The notes beneath the pieces are model-generated. The model was given only the letters and a program-made list of their open reading frames with translations. It made no database searches and had not been told where the DNA came from. Of a stretch of 64,000 bases of DNA, positions 31,501-41,284 are shown one piece after another. Positions within the stretch are counted from its first letter, which is position 1; each line of letters starts with the position of its first letter. Origin of the DNA: Patescibacteria group bacterium. Lineage in GTDB: Bacteria > Patescibacteriota > WWE3 > 2-01-FULL-39-13. A program made the translations under genes and the position numbers. Location: assembly GCA_048499955.1 (NCBI GenBank), contig JASNYX010000001.1, positions 2,452-66,451 of the forward strand, written 5' to 3'.

Positions 31501-32220
31501 GGCCGCTTGTGCAGCTTGATCCGAGGTTGGCCATCCGAACTCTGTTATCCATACGGGAGCTCCTGAGATGCTATTGAGGGCATTTATTTGATCTATGATT
31601 TGTTGAAGTGATCCCGGCTGGCTAGGGTCAGGTATATATGGGTGAATTGCAAATCCGTCTGCTGTTCCTCCTGCTGCGATCACTTGCATAATAAATTGAA
31701 GATCTCCGGAAACAAAACCCGCTGAGATCGTGGCTTGCCCATGAGCTTGCAAAGTTGCGTGTGCTAAACCTAATAGCATTCCGTATGACGCCGCATCCAT
31801 GTATTTTACTGAGTTACTCATGGCATGATCATCAGGTTCGTTCCAAATTTGATACGCGTATAAGCTACCAAAAGTTTGGTATGCGTGTTCTACAACGTTG
31901 GTTGAAAAATGATGTATATAATTAGGGTTGCTTGAACTCCCTTGTGGAAATGCCCCCTGATCTCCGTACTCCCAGTTTATTATTCCGACAACCCTTATTC
32001 CTGCATTTTGTATGCTTTGCACATAGTTCCTTGTGACTTCATCATTTCTAAGCACGATTCGAACCTGTGTAATTCCAGCTTCTACTAGCATTTCCGGGTT
32101 AGGTGAAGCTCCGGGGTTATGGGGATCTAAAGAAATAGCATAAACATTTCCTGCACAAAAAAATAGGAGAGATAAAGATATTAATATTAATGCTGATAAT
32201 CTTTTCAAGCTTAAATACAT
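28582..32220 (-). CDS. Large secreted protein: N-terminal clan GH-A glycoside hydrolase plus long Cys-rich region
   Basis: Signal peptide VYA-I, QIWNEPD (acid/base), FAIHPY and VWITEFGWP (nucleophile). The ORF track starts at 32265. Confidence 0.75.
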   Translation of the reverse strand: MYLSLKRLSALILISLSLLFFCAGNVYAISLDPHNPGASPNPEMLVEAGITQVRIVLRNDEVTRNYVQSIQNAGIRVVGIINWEYGDQGAFPQGSSSNPNYIHHFSTNVVEHAYQTFGSLYAYQIWNEPDDHAMSNSVKYMDAASYGMLLGLAHATLQAHGQATISAGFVSGDLQFIMQVIAAGGTADGFAIHPYIPDPSQPGSLQQIIDQINALNSISGAPVWITEFGWPTSDQAAQAAWLAQVFSLQQLLSGSQLNSVMWYGFSDAQNPGFGLLDANLQPKLAWLALLEYLAGHPLTPEQIALLLANSFVRCMTPDGNFMGYAVSEIQCAMYQPCVDSFGNVIGYATNIEMCRMQNDYRKFCGGPIDMDWVGYRGEVVGHNGFPPFSLESVVNDKEDGDSIGDLARWLSAEMSLTASYDHTNFSQMAKSMFGSMGDGVHSIQKRTKMEHANIPYLSMNIPNYKPYSPPYGVGEQPDIEWESGETYESLSERWRRISTKTESGETTYGLMADMPVLRFNACIQRIGCDPDLEPDPGDDVATAFRCLKKDVVYNPADRDSESFYCHSGADESECVSFGRLFSFTGQMLYEEPPELQDTGNLYEYVTERLANFGLGGTRKGYYTRHETYLPGNQLADSGDVQFSNVSREEVLSNVNKRPQYEPPKVNTTNTTNNFQSLMYPSSANAVDEEQLNNGSYQSVTSPGCQNMSLLIENKGDSYGVKAWDTQPWSCPYLFDYSWTVEYFLDGIKIGSCSSPIQSGAMPKYVPDGTEKEQYGLSISDMCPVPVTPRQEGKFEVNFVIDHSNAPWVPGCSQTASCRCEGEHCQFVDDRPLPPIDCRVCESWAPPALCQKIMANELVEARECVDGECRANTRIEERLPFSDDADWNFSIPNLSSWLGGLVTSLVGSTILNCDVEDGRTIYDATGAVIGTDPDQVICKFNSRHYLIYTYPDPLTGDMVGRGLKHMDANDAMFSLPNFTDRYFTPQSAKQAVSLTLGINKVETDKALPGASSAAQALDEDRVQYVGFSNPNDDVRTMYVEYYLFEQPQVSGYCLHQRMLTPPLSEEKRIPATVGESGLCDTMDFMPGYTGSGTSFTSSQTAKNETPQKLTLQSDASQLRNLLKQNIEFDNENEFNSRIVNDPEYEEVKWEVLLHALTPQEKATLKSQIQSELEILAKKNAHLLRNSKEVPRKVQDELKRIRVKYEQKLLTMKL

Positions 32221-32274
32221 AAATGAATTTTTAACATCACATAGTATCACGAATAAACTTCGCACTCTACCATT

Positions 32275-33303
32275 CTATCTCGGCACAGCTTCCATAAGTA
32301 GTGTCACTCTACCGCCGACTGCCGGTCCTGAACTTGCATTTCCTGTAATTATAAAAACAGGAACTAATCTATTATCAAAGGCAAAGTAACCTAGTTCAAC
32401 CTGATCTACCGCTAATGTAGTTATTGGTGCATTCGACATAAATTCCGCTTGAATTATCTGAAACTTTTTTTCACGCAACTCTTTTAGTAGTGTTTCACGA
32501 TTTTTTAATGGAGTGTCGGTTATTTCCGATCCGACAGAACCGATAGTTTCCACATATAAAGTGTTTATAGAAAAATCTGCTGAGTAATTGATAGAAATAT
32601 GATTTGGGGAAGTGCTTCTATCTTTGTCGATTATAGCGAGGTCATTTAGTCTTGCTTCATAAATAATTTCGATTCCGTTTGCTGCTCCGGGCACATTAAC
32701 ATTGTATTGGCGTATTGCCTCCATTCTTTTAAAACCATATCTTGTGGAGGTATAACGTGCCGGATCGAGTCCGAGTGATCTTATTGAGTCGTAACCTCTA
32801 TTTACATAATCCTTCGGATTTTTATTTTCGAAGGATTCGGTGTTAGGCTCAAATTGGTTTTTTCCGTAAGTAAAGATTCCGCGGTCTTTTTCTATTGATA
32901 GAGAATACCCGTTTCCTGATGCATAAATTAGGTCGCCTTGCACAGGGCTATTAACTCTATTGGTAATATTCAAATTCAAAGTTTTGACTAACTTATCTAT
33001 ATTTTCGTCAGTAAAAAAATTTTTCGGAGTGTATTCGTAAACAGGTAAATCGGTTCTATTGGGAAGGGTTTTTTCCAACTCGGGATTCAGCAGTACAGAC
33101 ATTTGGTTAGTCAACCCCTGAAGGGCTTCGGATCCTTTGAATTCATCAGCGAGGTTAACCTGTGCGATATCCGGCAGGTCGGTAGTCGGCGTAGATAATG
33201 AATTAATCATTATCCAGACAACTAGGCCTATGATTAATATCACTAACCCTATACTAAGTGCTTTCGAATTTTTTAACTTATATAAAATATCTGTTAAGTT
33301 CAT
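32275..33303 (-). CDS. Membrane-anchored hypothetical protein (possibly YycH/YycI-like)
   Basis: One N-terminal TM helix; C-terminal VELGY...LVPVFII pattern. Confidence 0.5.
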   Translation of the reverse strand: MNLTDILYKLKNSKALSIGLVILIIGLVVWIMINSLSTPTTDLPDIAQVNLADEFKGSEALQGLTNQMSVLLNPELEKTLPNRTDLPVYEYTPKNFFTDENIDKLVKTLNLNITNRVNSPVQGDLIYASGNGYSLSIEKDRGIFTYGKNQFEPNTESFENKNPKDYVNRGYDSIRSLGLDPARYTSTRYGFKRMEAIRQYNVNVPGAANGIEIIYEARLNDLAIIDKDRSTSPNHISINYSADFSINTLYVETIGSVGSEITDTPLKNRETLLKELREKKFQIIQAEFMSNAPITTLAVDQVELGYFAFDNRLVPVFIITGNASSGPAVGGRVTLLMEAVPR

Positions 33304-33329
33304 ATTTCTCTATAAATAATCTATCACTA

Positions 33330-36300
33330 TTATGGTGCCGGTCTGTACGGAACATATGGTGGGTTCATCGTTACCGGTTGCCCTGGGTGGCATTCAGGAT
33401 ATCTACCTCCGGATTTTCTGAATTCATAGTGTAAGTGTGGTCCTGTAGAGTTCCCGGTACTTCCGGAAATTCCAATTTCTTGACCTTTTATAATTGGGTC
33501 GCCTGCGTTGACTAGTATTCCTGATAAGTGAGCGTACATTGACCTGAATCCCAACTCAGATATGACTTCAACAAAATTACCATAGCCGCCGTTGCAGGTA
33601 GAATACGCATCGCCTTCTCCGCAACCAGTTCCAATTCTTGCTGTGCCATCGTGTGTAGCATAAATAGTTGAATCTCTGCCAACATTACCAAAATCTATAG
33701 CTTCAACTCCGGAGTGTGAGTATGATCCGTTCGGTCCCTGTGTAACAGTGACAGGGCAAGTTCCCGCACCTGCACATACCGGCCAACCACTCGGGCATCT
33801 TGCACATCCACCGTTTCCAACAGGTATGTTTTCTGAAGCGATAGCGGTTCGGCCTGATTCTTCAACCGTGCCCACCTCAACACTATTGTAGTATGTGTGA
33901 TGTAGTGTTCCTGCATTTAGCTCGTTAAAGTAATCTACCAAGTCAACATATATGACTAACTCTATAGATTCTCCTGCAGGTATGGTTTGCCCAACGAATT
34001 GAGTGGAGATCCATTGAGGGGTAATACTGTCATTTTCTGTATTGACTAGCTTTCCTATGAATCCGGACGAGCCATATGATATTACCTGACCACCTGAGTC
34101 ACATGAAGTTACCATGCTTAAGTTGTCGTCGAATCTGCCGATTGTTACGGTTTGCGTTGATATATTTTGGACTACAATTTTGAAGGCTTTCAGTCGGATT
34201 CCTGCAAAACCTGTAGATTCCTCAGTTTTAGTAACTCTTATGAGTTCGGAGTCTACTCTACCGGAAAGACCTGCCGAAAGTGGCTCATAAGGAGCTATCA
34301 TTCCTCCGATTAAAGCAATTATCAGAGCTACGATAATTCCACAACACCCACAAGGTATGGATATAACAACGAAAAAAGGATAAATAACTATTTTTTTAAC
34401 GAGGTTAATTAGCGAAACTACATCATCTTTAATAGCATTACCTGCACCTCTTAAATCGAATCTCATTAATGATTTCGTAACTTTCCAGATAGTTCCGCCT
34501 GCAAATGTAATTACGTATGAGATTCCTCCTGTGAATATACCTGCAGCTGCCCCAAGGATTTTCGCAATCGTAAGAGCTAAAGCTTTGTTAGACAATAGCT
34601 TGGCCATTACAGGGATTTTAGAAAGCACGGGGAGTGCCAGATTGTCACCAAGTGCTGCCCTTTGTATCATTTTCCCCCACATCCTCATTTTTCTGATGGG
34701 TTTCCAGGTTCTTATTACTTGAGATAGTCCTCTTTCATCTGAAAATCCTAACCTTTTGATGAATTTCTGAACCGGCGCGTACATACTGCCGATAACAGGC
34801 ATACTCGTTAGGGTTTCGCCAAAGATCAAATTCTTATATATATAGTTTCTGATTGCATTAGCACCGCGGTTCCAGCTATCGAGCAATCCGGTATATTGTG
34901 TTTTAAATTGTGCGGCTCTTCCGCTTGCACCAAATTGTTCAAGCCATGCCCAACGATCTTTCGGGTGCATAATGTTTGCACCAAATTTGGAAGCATCGCT
35001 GAGTTCTTCAAGCATTTTCCGACCATTGGCATCAAATATGCTTTTGCCTTGAAAAACCTTATCCAGACTCGCAAAGTCTCCGAGTGAAATTAGTCCTGTA
35101 TTTGGATCTCGAGTGAATAGTCCCGCTTCAGCCATGAAGTCGATAAACTCTTGTTGAGCTGCAGGAAATGGTCCGACTCCACCGGAAGAAAGTAACAATT
35201 GTTTTGTATCATCAAGTCTCTGATAGAAATCATCCAGTTTGGTGAAATCTTCAAACATTTCTTGTGCGTTAAAGCCATAATGAGATAGCTTGTCTGCAAA
35301 ACCTTCGGACTCAATCTTTTGTATAAGAGTGAATGCACCAAAGTCGTCAAGACCTTTTCCTGCATCGTATATCCCGAATCCTTGCCCGCCTTTAACTGTG
35401 TGAAAGTTAAATTTGTTTGCCGGGTTTCCGACTGCATCTTTCACTTCCCATTCAATCGAAACCCTTGAATCAAATAGGCCTGTTTTTTCTAGTAGCTTTG
35501 GGATTCCTTTTAAATCAGATGAGTCCCTAACTTCAAATCTTATGCCTAAGTTCTCGGCGATTTTTTCACCCATAACCGATATCGATGCGTACGTTTTGGC
35601 AATAGGTCTCAAGGCGGGTGGCAGTGTGTCGACTAAGCCTCCCGGAGTGAACGCAGCGCCCCAGTTTTGTATTGATCGAAGTCTTTTATCTATGAAAGGT
35701 AAGGTTGAAATTGCACGAGAAGTACCGAATACTGCTGTAAAATATTTCCCGGCTTGTATGTTTTCGAGTATTTCTTTTGTTGTGGCAGCAGCAAACAGAT
35801 CGTTTCCCATGTCGGCGGTAAGCTTTGCAGCCTTTAGTCTTTTTTTTGCTTTGTTTGTTTCATCTGCGATATATTGATCTTTTGCATAATCTGCAAGCAT
35901 CGAGGCGTCTGCAGGTGAGTGTGTTGCCAAAAGTGTGTTATAGGTTTCGTCCCTAATTTGTACGGATTTTTTTTCTATTGCATCTCGAACGAGTTTGTTT
36001 GCTTTTGCTTCAAAGGTAGTAGAAATTACATATCCGGCAGATAACTCCTGATTAGCCATGTGACGTAAATCTCCATCAACATAGCTTAGTCTTGAATTCC
36101 CTTTATGTTCAAAGTTTGCATAATCCGGAGATCCGGCAGGTAGACGGAATGCTTTATTTTTTGCGGCAACTTTGGCAAGTTCCAGTTCGTCAACATATCG
36201 GGTTGTACCGAGAGTAGGTGATAGCCCTGCCTTATACCATTCTGTAAGTGATACCATCCCGCTTCCTTTTGCGAGTCCCATTTTCAAGTCGATTTCTTCG

Positions 36301-37367
36301 GCTCTCAGAAACTGAGTTACGATGAGTTTTTGTTGGTCATCGAGGGCATTAAAAGTTCCGGGGGCAAAACTCATAGCCCTGTCGATCCTAGAAGGATCTG
36401 ACAACAGACTATCAATGGAATTTCTTTTATCCATTGAGGCATATTGTTCTAATGTAATACGCCCGGATTCGAGCTCGTTCTTTGCTGCAACGGCATACGT
36501 TGTAAGTTCTTTTCTGAAACTGGAGTCAATAACCCGACTTCCGGTTCCGATTTTTGACACAGACTTGCCCAAAACTTTTTCAAGATCCACATCAGCTTCA
36601 CGCATTACGGTTCGCATATAGTCTCTATAAATTTTATTTCTATTGGTGATTCGTGCTCCGGGACTTTCAAGATTGCTGCCCAAGGTCGCGAGACCGGCGG
36701 CTAGCGAAGCATATGTTTTGTATTGATATCGATCGGATTCACTCTGTTCGACGGTTCTTCGGTCTTCCCATACACCCCGATTGTTAGGATCTGCTCCGTT
36801 GGTTTTGTCTATCAATAGTTGGGCTTCAGATTCTTTTCTGCCGGTAACAGGGTTTAGCACTAGGGGAGAGGCTTTTTCAATTGCAGCTCTAAAGGGTTTA
36901 AGAAAAAGACTGTCAGGGTCATCAAGACTTTGTCCTACATCAGTGTATTTTGAATTGGGTACGGCAATATCATCACCGTCTGTTGTTTGACCTCTAACTA
37001 AACGTCCGAGTAGCTCGGCTCGTCGATCTTGAGAAATTTCATCTAGTGAAAGAATGTCGTTCTTTGTTTTTTGAACAAGCTTTTCGATTGTTCTTATCGG
37101 ATCAGAACCTAAATCTTTTAAAGTGAACGCATTGTTAACATATTTTAAATCGCTGAAGGCTTCAGGACCTTCAATTAAAGCTCGGACAATTTCTCTATCT
37201 CCTACTTGAGGGCTAGGGCCTCTCTTGCTCACTAACATGTATATGTTATTTTCGTGCTCTTGTTTTATGATGGCGAGAACTTCTCTTGGGATCGTTGTTG
37301 GCGATCCGAAAACTTCTCTTACCCATTGTTCAAAAGAAATAGGTTCGGGTCTTCTTGGTGGAGGCAT
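33330..37367 (-). CDS. 1345-aa membrane protein with C-terminal M23 metallopeptidase
   Basis: YSHSGVEAIDF (HxxxxxD), GYGNFV, YAHLS and TGNSTGPHLHYE (HxH). TM segments lie near aa 930-1030. Confidence 0.88.
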   Translation of the reverse strand: MPPPRRPEPISFEQWVREVFGSPTTIPREVLAIIKQEHENNIYMLVSKRGPSPQVGDREIVRALIEGPEAFSDLKYVNNAFTLKDLGSDPIRTIEKLVQKTKNDILSLDEISQDRRAELLGRLVRGQTTDGDDIAVPNSKYTDVGQSLDDPDSLFLKPFRAAIEKASPLVLNPVTGRKESEAQLLIDKTNGADPNNRGVWEDRRTVEQSESDRYQYKTYASLAAGLATLGSNLESPGARITNRNKIYRDYMRTVMREADVDLEKVLGKSVSKIGTGSRVIDSSFRKELTTYAVAAKNELESGRITLEQYASMDKRNSIDSLLSDPSRIDRAMSFAPGTFNALDDQQKLIVTQFLRAEEIDLKMGLAKGSGMVSLTEWYKAGLSPTLGTTRYVDELELAKVAAKNKAFRLPAGSPDYANFEHKGNSRLSYVDGDLRHMANQELSAGYVISTTFEAKANKLVRDAIEKKSVQIRDETYNTLLATHSPADASMLADYAKDQYIADETNKAKKRLKAAKLTADMGNDLFAAATTKEILENIQAGKYFTAVFGTSRAISTLPFIDKRLRSIQNWGAAFTPGGLVDTLPPALRPIAKTYASISVMGEKIAENLGIRFEVRDSSDLKGIPKLLEKTGLFDSRVSIEWEVKDAVGNPANKFNFHTVKGGQGFGIYDAGKGLDDFGAFTLIQKIESEGFADKLSHYGFNAQEMFEDFTKLDDFYQRLDDTKQLLLSSGGVGPFPAAQQEFIDFMAEAGLFTRDPNTGLISLGDFASLDKVFQGKSIFDANGRKMLEELSDASKFGANIMHPKDRWAWLEQFGASGRAAQFKTQYTGLLDSWNRGANAIRNYIYKNLIFGETLTSMPVIGSMYAPVQKFIKRLGFSDERGLSQVIRTWKPIRKMRMWGKMIQRAALGDNLALPVLSKIPVMAKLLSNKALALTIAKILGAAAGIFTGGISYVITFAGGTIWKVTKSLMRFDLRGAGNAIKDDVVSLINLVKKIVIYPFFVVISIPCGCCGIIVALIIALIGGMIAPYEPLSAGLSGRVDSELIRVTKTEESTGFAGIRLKAFKIVVQNISTQTVTIGRFDDNLSMVTSCDSGGQVISYGSSGFIGKLVNTENDSITPQWISTQFVGQTIPAGESIELVIYVDLVDYFNELNAGTLHHTYYNSVEVGTVEESGRTAIASENIPVGNGGCARCPSGWPVCAGAGTCPVTVTQGPNGSYSHSGVEAIDFGNVGRDSTIYATHDGTARIGTGCGEGDAYSTCNGGYGNFVEVISELGFRSMYAHLSGILVNAGDPIIKGQEIGISGSTGNSTGPHLHYEFRKSGGRYPECHPGQPVTMNPPYVPYRPAP

Positions 37368-37567
37368 ACTTATAAATGATTTTATCAGATTCTGTTGAGA
37401 TCCTGCTTAAGCAACATTTTGAATTTTCAAAATTTATGTTATGAGTTTGTAATTGAATTTATTTGAATATTAAATATTGTTAAGGTATCATACTCTGTTC
37501 GGTGTAGTATTTAATAAGTGATGATTGTCAATCAACTCATCTTCGATTATCATTTTTTTAAACGACA

Positions 37568-39094
37568 ATGCAAATAATAAAAACCTTAACCACTACAATT
37601 AATATCGTGCAAAGCAAGTTGCAAAGACATCGAATGATTTTATATGTAGTGTTTGTTGCTTTCCTTGCCTTTACACAAACTGCTATCTTTGCCCAAAATA
37701 ACGCTAATCAGCAAGCTCCATCAATGGAAGAAAGTACGCAAATACCCGTGTATGCACCATCCGGAACTTCAGGTGTGAACAGCCCGGCTACCGGCGAGAA
37801 GTCAAACTTGCAGAACCTGACTTCTCCTGATCAGGCAGATGCTCAAATATTCCAAACATTAACGAGAACCGTTAGTAGCATGTATAGCTTTTTTTGCTCA
37901 GTTGGATCTCTAAACGGTGCAGGTGAATGTGAAATAACTCGTCCGATGTGGGCGGCAAGTCTTTTAGTAAAGGATTTGCTAATTGATATGGCGTTCGTGT
38001 CTATTTGTTCTAAGACAGGTGAAGAGGTGGTTTCAGATCGTGCTTGCGGTAATGCGGCTTTAACTGCTCAATTATTAGAAAATCCTCAGGCTCTACGCGG
38101 AACTCCGGAGAATCCCTATGTGAGATTTGAGGGAGATGGAGCATTTTTTATAGCTTCTAACTTCCATTCGGTTGCAAACGAACCTCCTATCCCCACTGAT
38201 TTAGCACTTTTTATTGATGATACTTTCCAAGATACTATAATGCCGGGTTCATCAGCGTATGCACAAGGAATTTTCGTGGAACCATATAGAGCTTTTGTAA
38301 TTCGAGGTTGGAGATTGTCTAGAAATATTGCACTTTCACTGTTAGGTGCCTTCGTTGGTATAGCCGCGTTAATGGTGATGTTCAGAACTCAGATTGCACC
38401 AAAGGTCGCGGTTTCCGTTTATAGCGTTTTGCCTATGATACCTATCTCGTTAGGACTAATATTACTTTCGTATCCGATATTATCTTTGATATACGGATTT
38501 ATTCCCCCGTTCGTTGGGTTCGTAATGGCTTTTAGCAGTACGATTATTGTTGAGGTGTTTAGCATTTCCGGAGGAGTTGCAAATTTGGCATCCCTTGCAT
38601 TTACCGGGTTGATTCTTAGTGCGGCATCAGGCGGAACTTTCACTTTAATTATCGCTATTTTAGCGGCACTTGGAGTTGGAATTCTATTTATATTGGGATT
38701 AACAATCTTGTGGCAGCTATGTAAGATTTTTGCATCTTTGATATTTTATACTTTTGCTGCGCCTTTCGTTTTCCTTATGGCTGTTATTCCCGGTAAGAGT
38801 GGGCTCATCATGAATTTTTTCAAAAAAATTGCAGTTGATGTTTTTACAGTTCCGGCAATCATACTTATGGCAACCTTAGGTTTTGCGATAATTGCTTACG
38901 GTCCGGACTCTGCTGATATTTTCAGTTGGAATATCGGAGCCAGTTTTGCCGCGGTTGGTTTTACCTTCTTCGCATCATTTATTAAGCTTTTCATTGGTAT
39001 GGGTATTTTGTGGAATGCGAAAAATGCTCGAGGTAGCATTGAACGGTTGATGGGAGCCGGTAACCTTTGGGGAATGGATCCACCCAAGAGATAA
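37568..39094 (+). CDS. Polytopic membrane protein, VirB6/TrbL-like
   Basis: Signal peptide and extracellular domain, then about 7 TM helices including WRLSRNIA and APFVFLMAVIPGK. Adjacent to VirB2-like pilins. Confidence 0.6.
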   Translation: MQIIKTLTTTINIVQSKLQRHRMILYVVFVAFLAFTQTAIFAQNNANQQAPSMEESTQIPVYAPSGTSGVNSPATGEKSNLQNLTSPDQADAQIFQTLTRTVSSMYSFFCSVGSLNGAGECEITRPMWAASLLVKDLLIDMAFVSICSKTGEEVVSDRACGNAALTAQLLENPQALRGTPENPYVRFEGDGAFFIASNFHSVANEPPIPTDLALFIDDTFQDTIMPGSSAYAQGIFVEPYRAFVIRGWRLSRNIALSLLGAFVGIAALMVMFRTQIAPKVAVSVYSVLPMIPISLGLILLSYPILSLIYGFIPPFVGFVMAFSSTIIVEVFSISGGVANLASLAFTGLILSAASGGTFTLIIAILAALGVGILFILGLTILWQLCKIFASLIFYTFAAPFVFLMAVIPGKSGLIMNFFKKIAVDVFTVPAIILMATLGFAIIAYGPDSADIFSWNIGASFAAVGFTFFASFIKLFIGMGILWNAKNARGSIERLMGAGNLWGMDPPKR

Positions 39095-39111
39095 TCTTTT
39101 AGACTTTCAAT

Positions 39112-39140
39112 AAAAGGCACCACATCAGGTGCCTTTTTTT
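39112..39140. terminator. Bidirectional intrinsic terminator
   Basis: AAAAGGCACC-acatca-GGTGCCTTTTTTT between convergent genes. Confidence 0.9.
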
Positions 39141-39189
39141 ATTCATGCATAAGCTAGCTAACTTTATATCTTGGAAAAAGTTTTGTTGT

Positions 39190-39630
39190 TTATGGAGTGG
39201 TAAAGCTATCTAACCAGTCGAGAACTGAGTTAAGCGGATTGATCCAGAGAGATAAATCTCCAAGGCCAAGAAGTTTAAATACCAAGTTTAATACGGTTCC
39301 GCCTGCTCCTACTGCAAGTAGCAAAAATATAATTGTATAGAACCATTGAGTCGGCATCTGTTCCAGTTCTTTTGAATTTTCTCTATTTATAACTGTGTGG
39401 AATATCCTCCACATCAGAACCACTATTGCGATCCCTATCATCAAATATTGAACAATCTGCCAGGCCCTGGGGATCATGCACTTTAAAAAAGCTCCCAACA
39501 TAGGGGGAGTTCCGGCATTGATGCTGCCATAACAGTTTGTCTGAGCGTATGAAGCTTCAGGCAAAACAGTCGAAAGTACTGCAGCAAATAAAATAATGAG
39601 TGTTATAAAATATCCGTCTTTTGTGTGCAT
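39190..39630 (-). CDS. VirB2/TrbC-like pilin
   Basis: Signal peptide SYA-Q, then two hydrophobic helices separated by a short polar loop. Confidence 0.55.
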   Translation of the reverse strand: MHTKDGYFITLIILFAAVLSTVLPEASYAQTNCYGSINAGTPPMLGAFLKCMIPRAWQIVQYLMIGIAIVVLMWRIFHTVINRENSKELEQMPTQWFYTIIFLLLAVGAGGTVLNLVFKLLGLGDLSLWINPLNSVLDWLDSFTTP

Positions 39631-39753
39631 AACAACTACGATAATTATACCTTAAGAAAATTGTTAAGTTAATGGGGGCAAATCACAGGTCCCGAAGAGT
39701 TTTCCCAATTATGGTAAGTATTCATCAGTTTAATTTTCTGTTAGAATTTTTTT

Positions 39754-40728
39754 GTGAATATTCCTAGTAAATTTATTCTTATATTTTTATTTGTCTTCGC
39801 TTTTTTAGCTTCGGCTACTAAGGTTTCCGCTCAGTGGAATCCGGAAACAGGTGGTGTGAACGAGCCAGCGACTCAAATACAGTTGAGGCCGTACAATATG
39901 GTTGATATGGGAGATGGTACGAATACAAATTCCCAGCCTGTGTATCAAATCGTGGGATATATAAATTCTGCTCACGTTTTTGATCGACCGGGAAATTTCC
40001 TCGATGATAATTTCTATTTGTATATCAAAGAAGATGATATTAAAAATTGCGACAATTGATTTAATGCAGCAGGCTCTAGTCTGTCGCACAACATTACCAA
40101 TTTAATGAGGTCTGAGGATGGTGTTTACCATGGCTTATACATCGATATGACCCTTACTCTTGATTTTGTTCATCCTGCTAAGGTTGAGCTTTGGGAAGAA
40201 GATTTCCTCGGATTTGATGATCATTATTTCACAGTTTCAGACAGTTATAGCTTTCCTGATCAAAGAGCGTGTTTAGCTGCCCGGCTTTGCGGAACAGATG
40301 CTTGGATGGCCGGGGCTGACATTGAAGGTCCTGGTGGTCCGGGGGGGCCCGGAGGTCCGGGTGGTCCTCCGCCAGGAGATGGTGGTGATCCAAGCCCACC
40401 TGGGGGCGGTGGAGGAAATACTGGAGGTGCTCCGGAACTGAGTCTTATAGGTGGTTGTGGCCAAGGAGTGACAGTGACAGATGGAGAAGGCATTGTAGCT
40501 TGTGTAAAGGGTTGGAGTAAAAATCTGACGATTATACTCGTCGGACTTGGAATCGTAAGTGCGATCTTTATACTTCCTTGGATCGGGCTTCTTTATGCGA
40601 GCGGTAATCCCGGTAACTTCCAGAAGGCGAACGATATCCTTTTCTCGTGGATCTCGGGATTATTGTTGTTGGTATTGTCCGGTGCGATTATCACGATCGT
40701 AGGGAGAGATATTTTCGGTGCAACCTAA
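39754..40728 (+). pseudogene. VirB2-like pilin with extended N-terminal domain and Gly-Pro linker, split by one in-frame TGA (40057-40059)
   Basis: ORFs 39754-40059 (signal peptide VSA-Q) and 40105-40728 (pilin motif YASGNP..QKA...SWISGL) share a frame with no other stop between them. Confidence 0.65.
40327..40432 (+). repeat. Gly-Pro coding repeat (GPG)n
   Basis: GPGGPGGPGGPGGPPPGDGGDPSPPGGGGG. Confidence 0.75.
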
Positions 40729-41284
40729 GGGTCTCCCCTTTTTAATGAACTCTTATTAACAAATTCATACCTCTTTCATATTGTTATGGTAGGTTTTTTC
40801 CATGCCGGGAAAAAACCTTAAACGACAGCTATTACCAAATGGAATTTACCATGCTTATAATCGAGGCTTCGAAAAGCGAGAAGTATTCAAGGATGGTGCG
40901 GATTATTTAAACTATACTGAGCTAGTTAGACAGGAAATCATAAAAAATCCGGGAAAAGTCATCATATACGCATATTGTTTGTTGCCGAATCATTTTCATT
41001 TCTTAATAAAGCAGAGTAGTAAATATGATATGCCAAGGTTTATGCAGGTTGTGACCGCCGAATATACCCGCTATTTCAATCACAGATACAAACGTTATGG
41101 CAGATTATGGGAAAATGCATACCGTGCGGTACTGATTAAAGATCACTATCAATTTGTTACGGTGCAAAACTACATTCATCGAAATCCATCAGATATCACT
41201 GAAAATATAGAAAAATATCCGTATTCAAGTTACGGACACTATAAACATAGATTTAAACTGGATTTCATTAAAAAGGGGAGACCC
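40729..41284 (+). mobile_element. 556-bp element bounded by perfect 21-bp inverted repeats and CTAA direct repeats, carrying a Y1/RAYT transposase
   Basis: GGGTCTCCCCTTTTTAATGAA (40729-40749) and TTCATTAAAAAGGGGAGACCC (41264-41284). CTAA at 40725-40728 and 41285-41288. Confidence 0.75.

Noticed and set aside
40057-40059. Genome-wide UGA=Gly recoding (code 25)
   Set aside because: Long conserved genes translate fully in code 11 and TGA ends several genes (e.g. 44229, 45497, 48393). Only this isolated case was seen.
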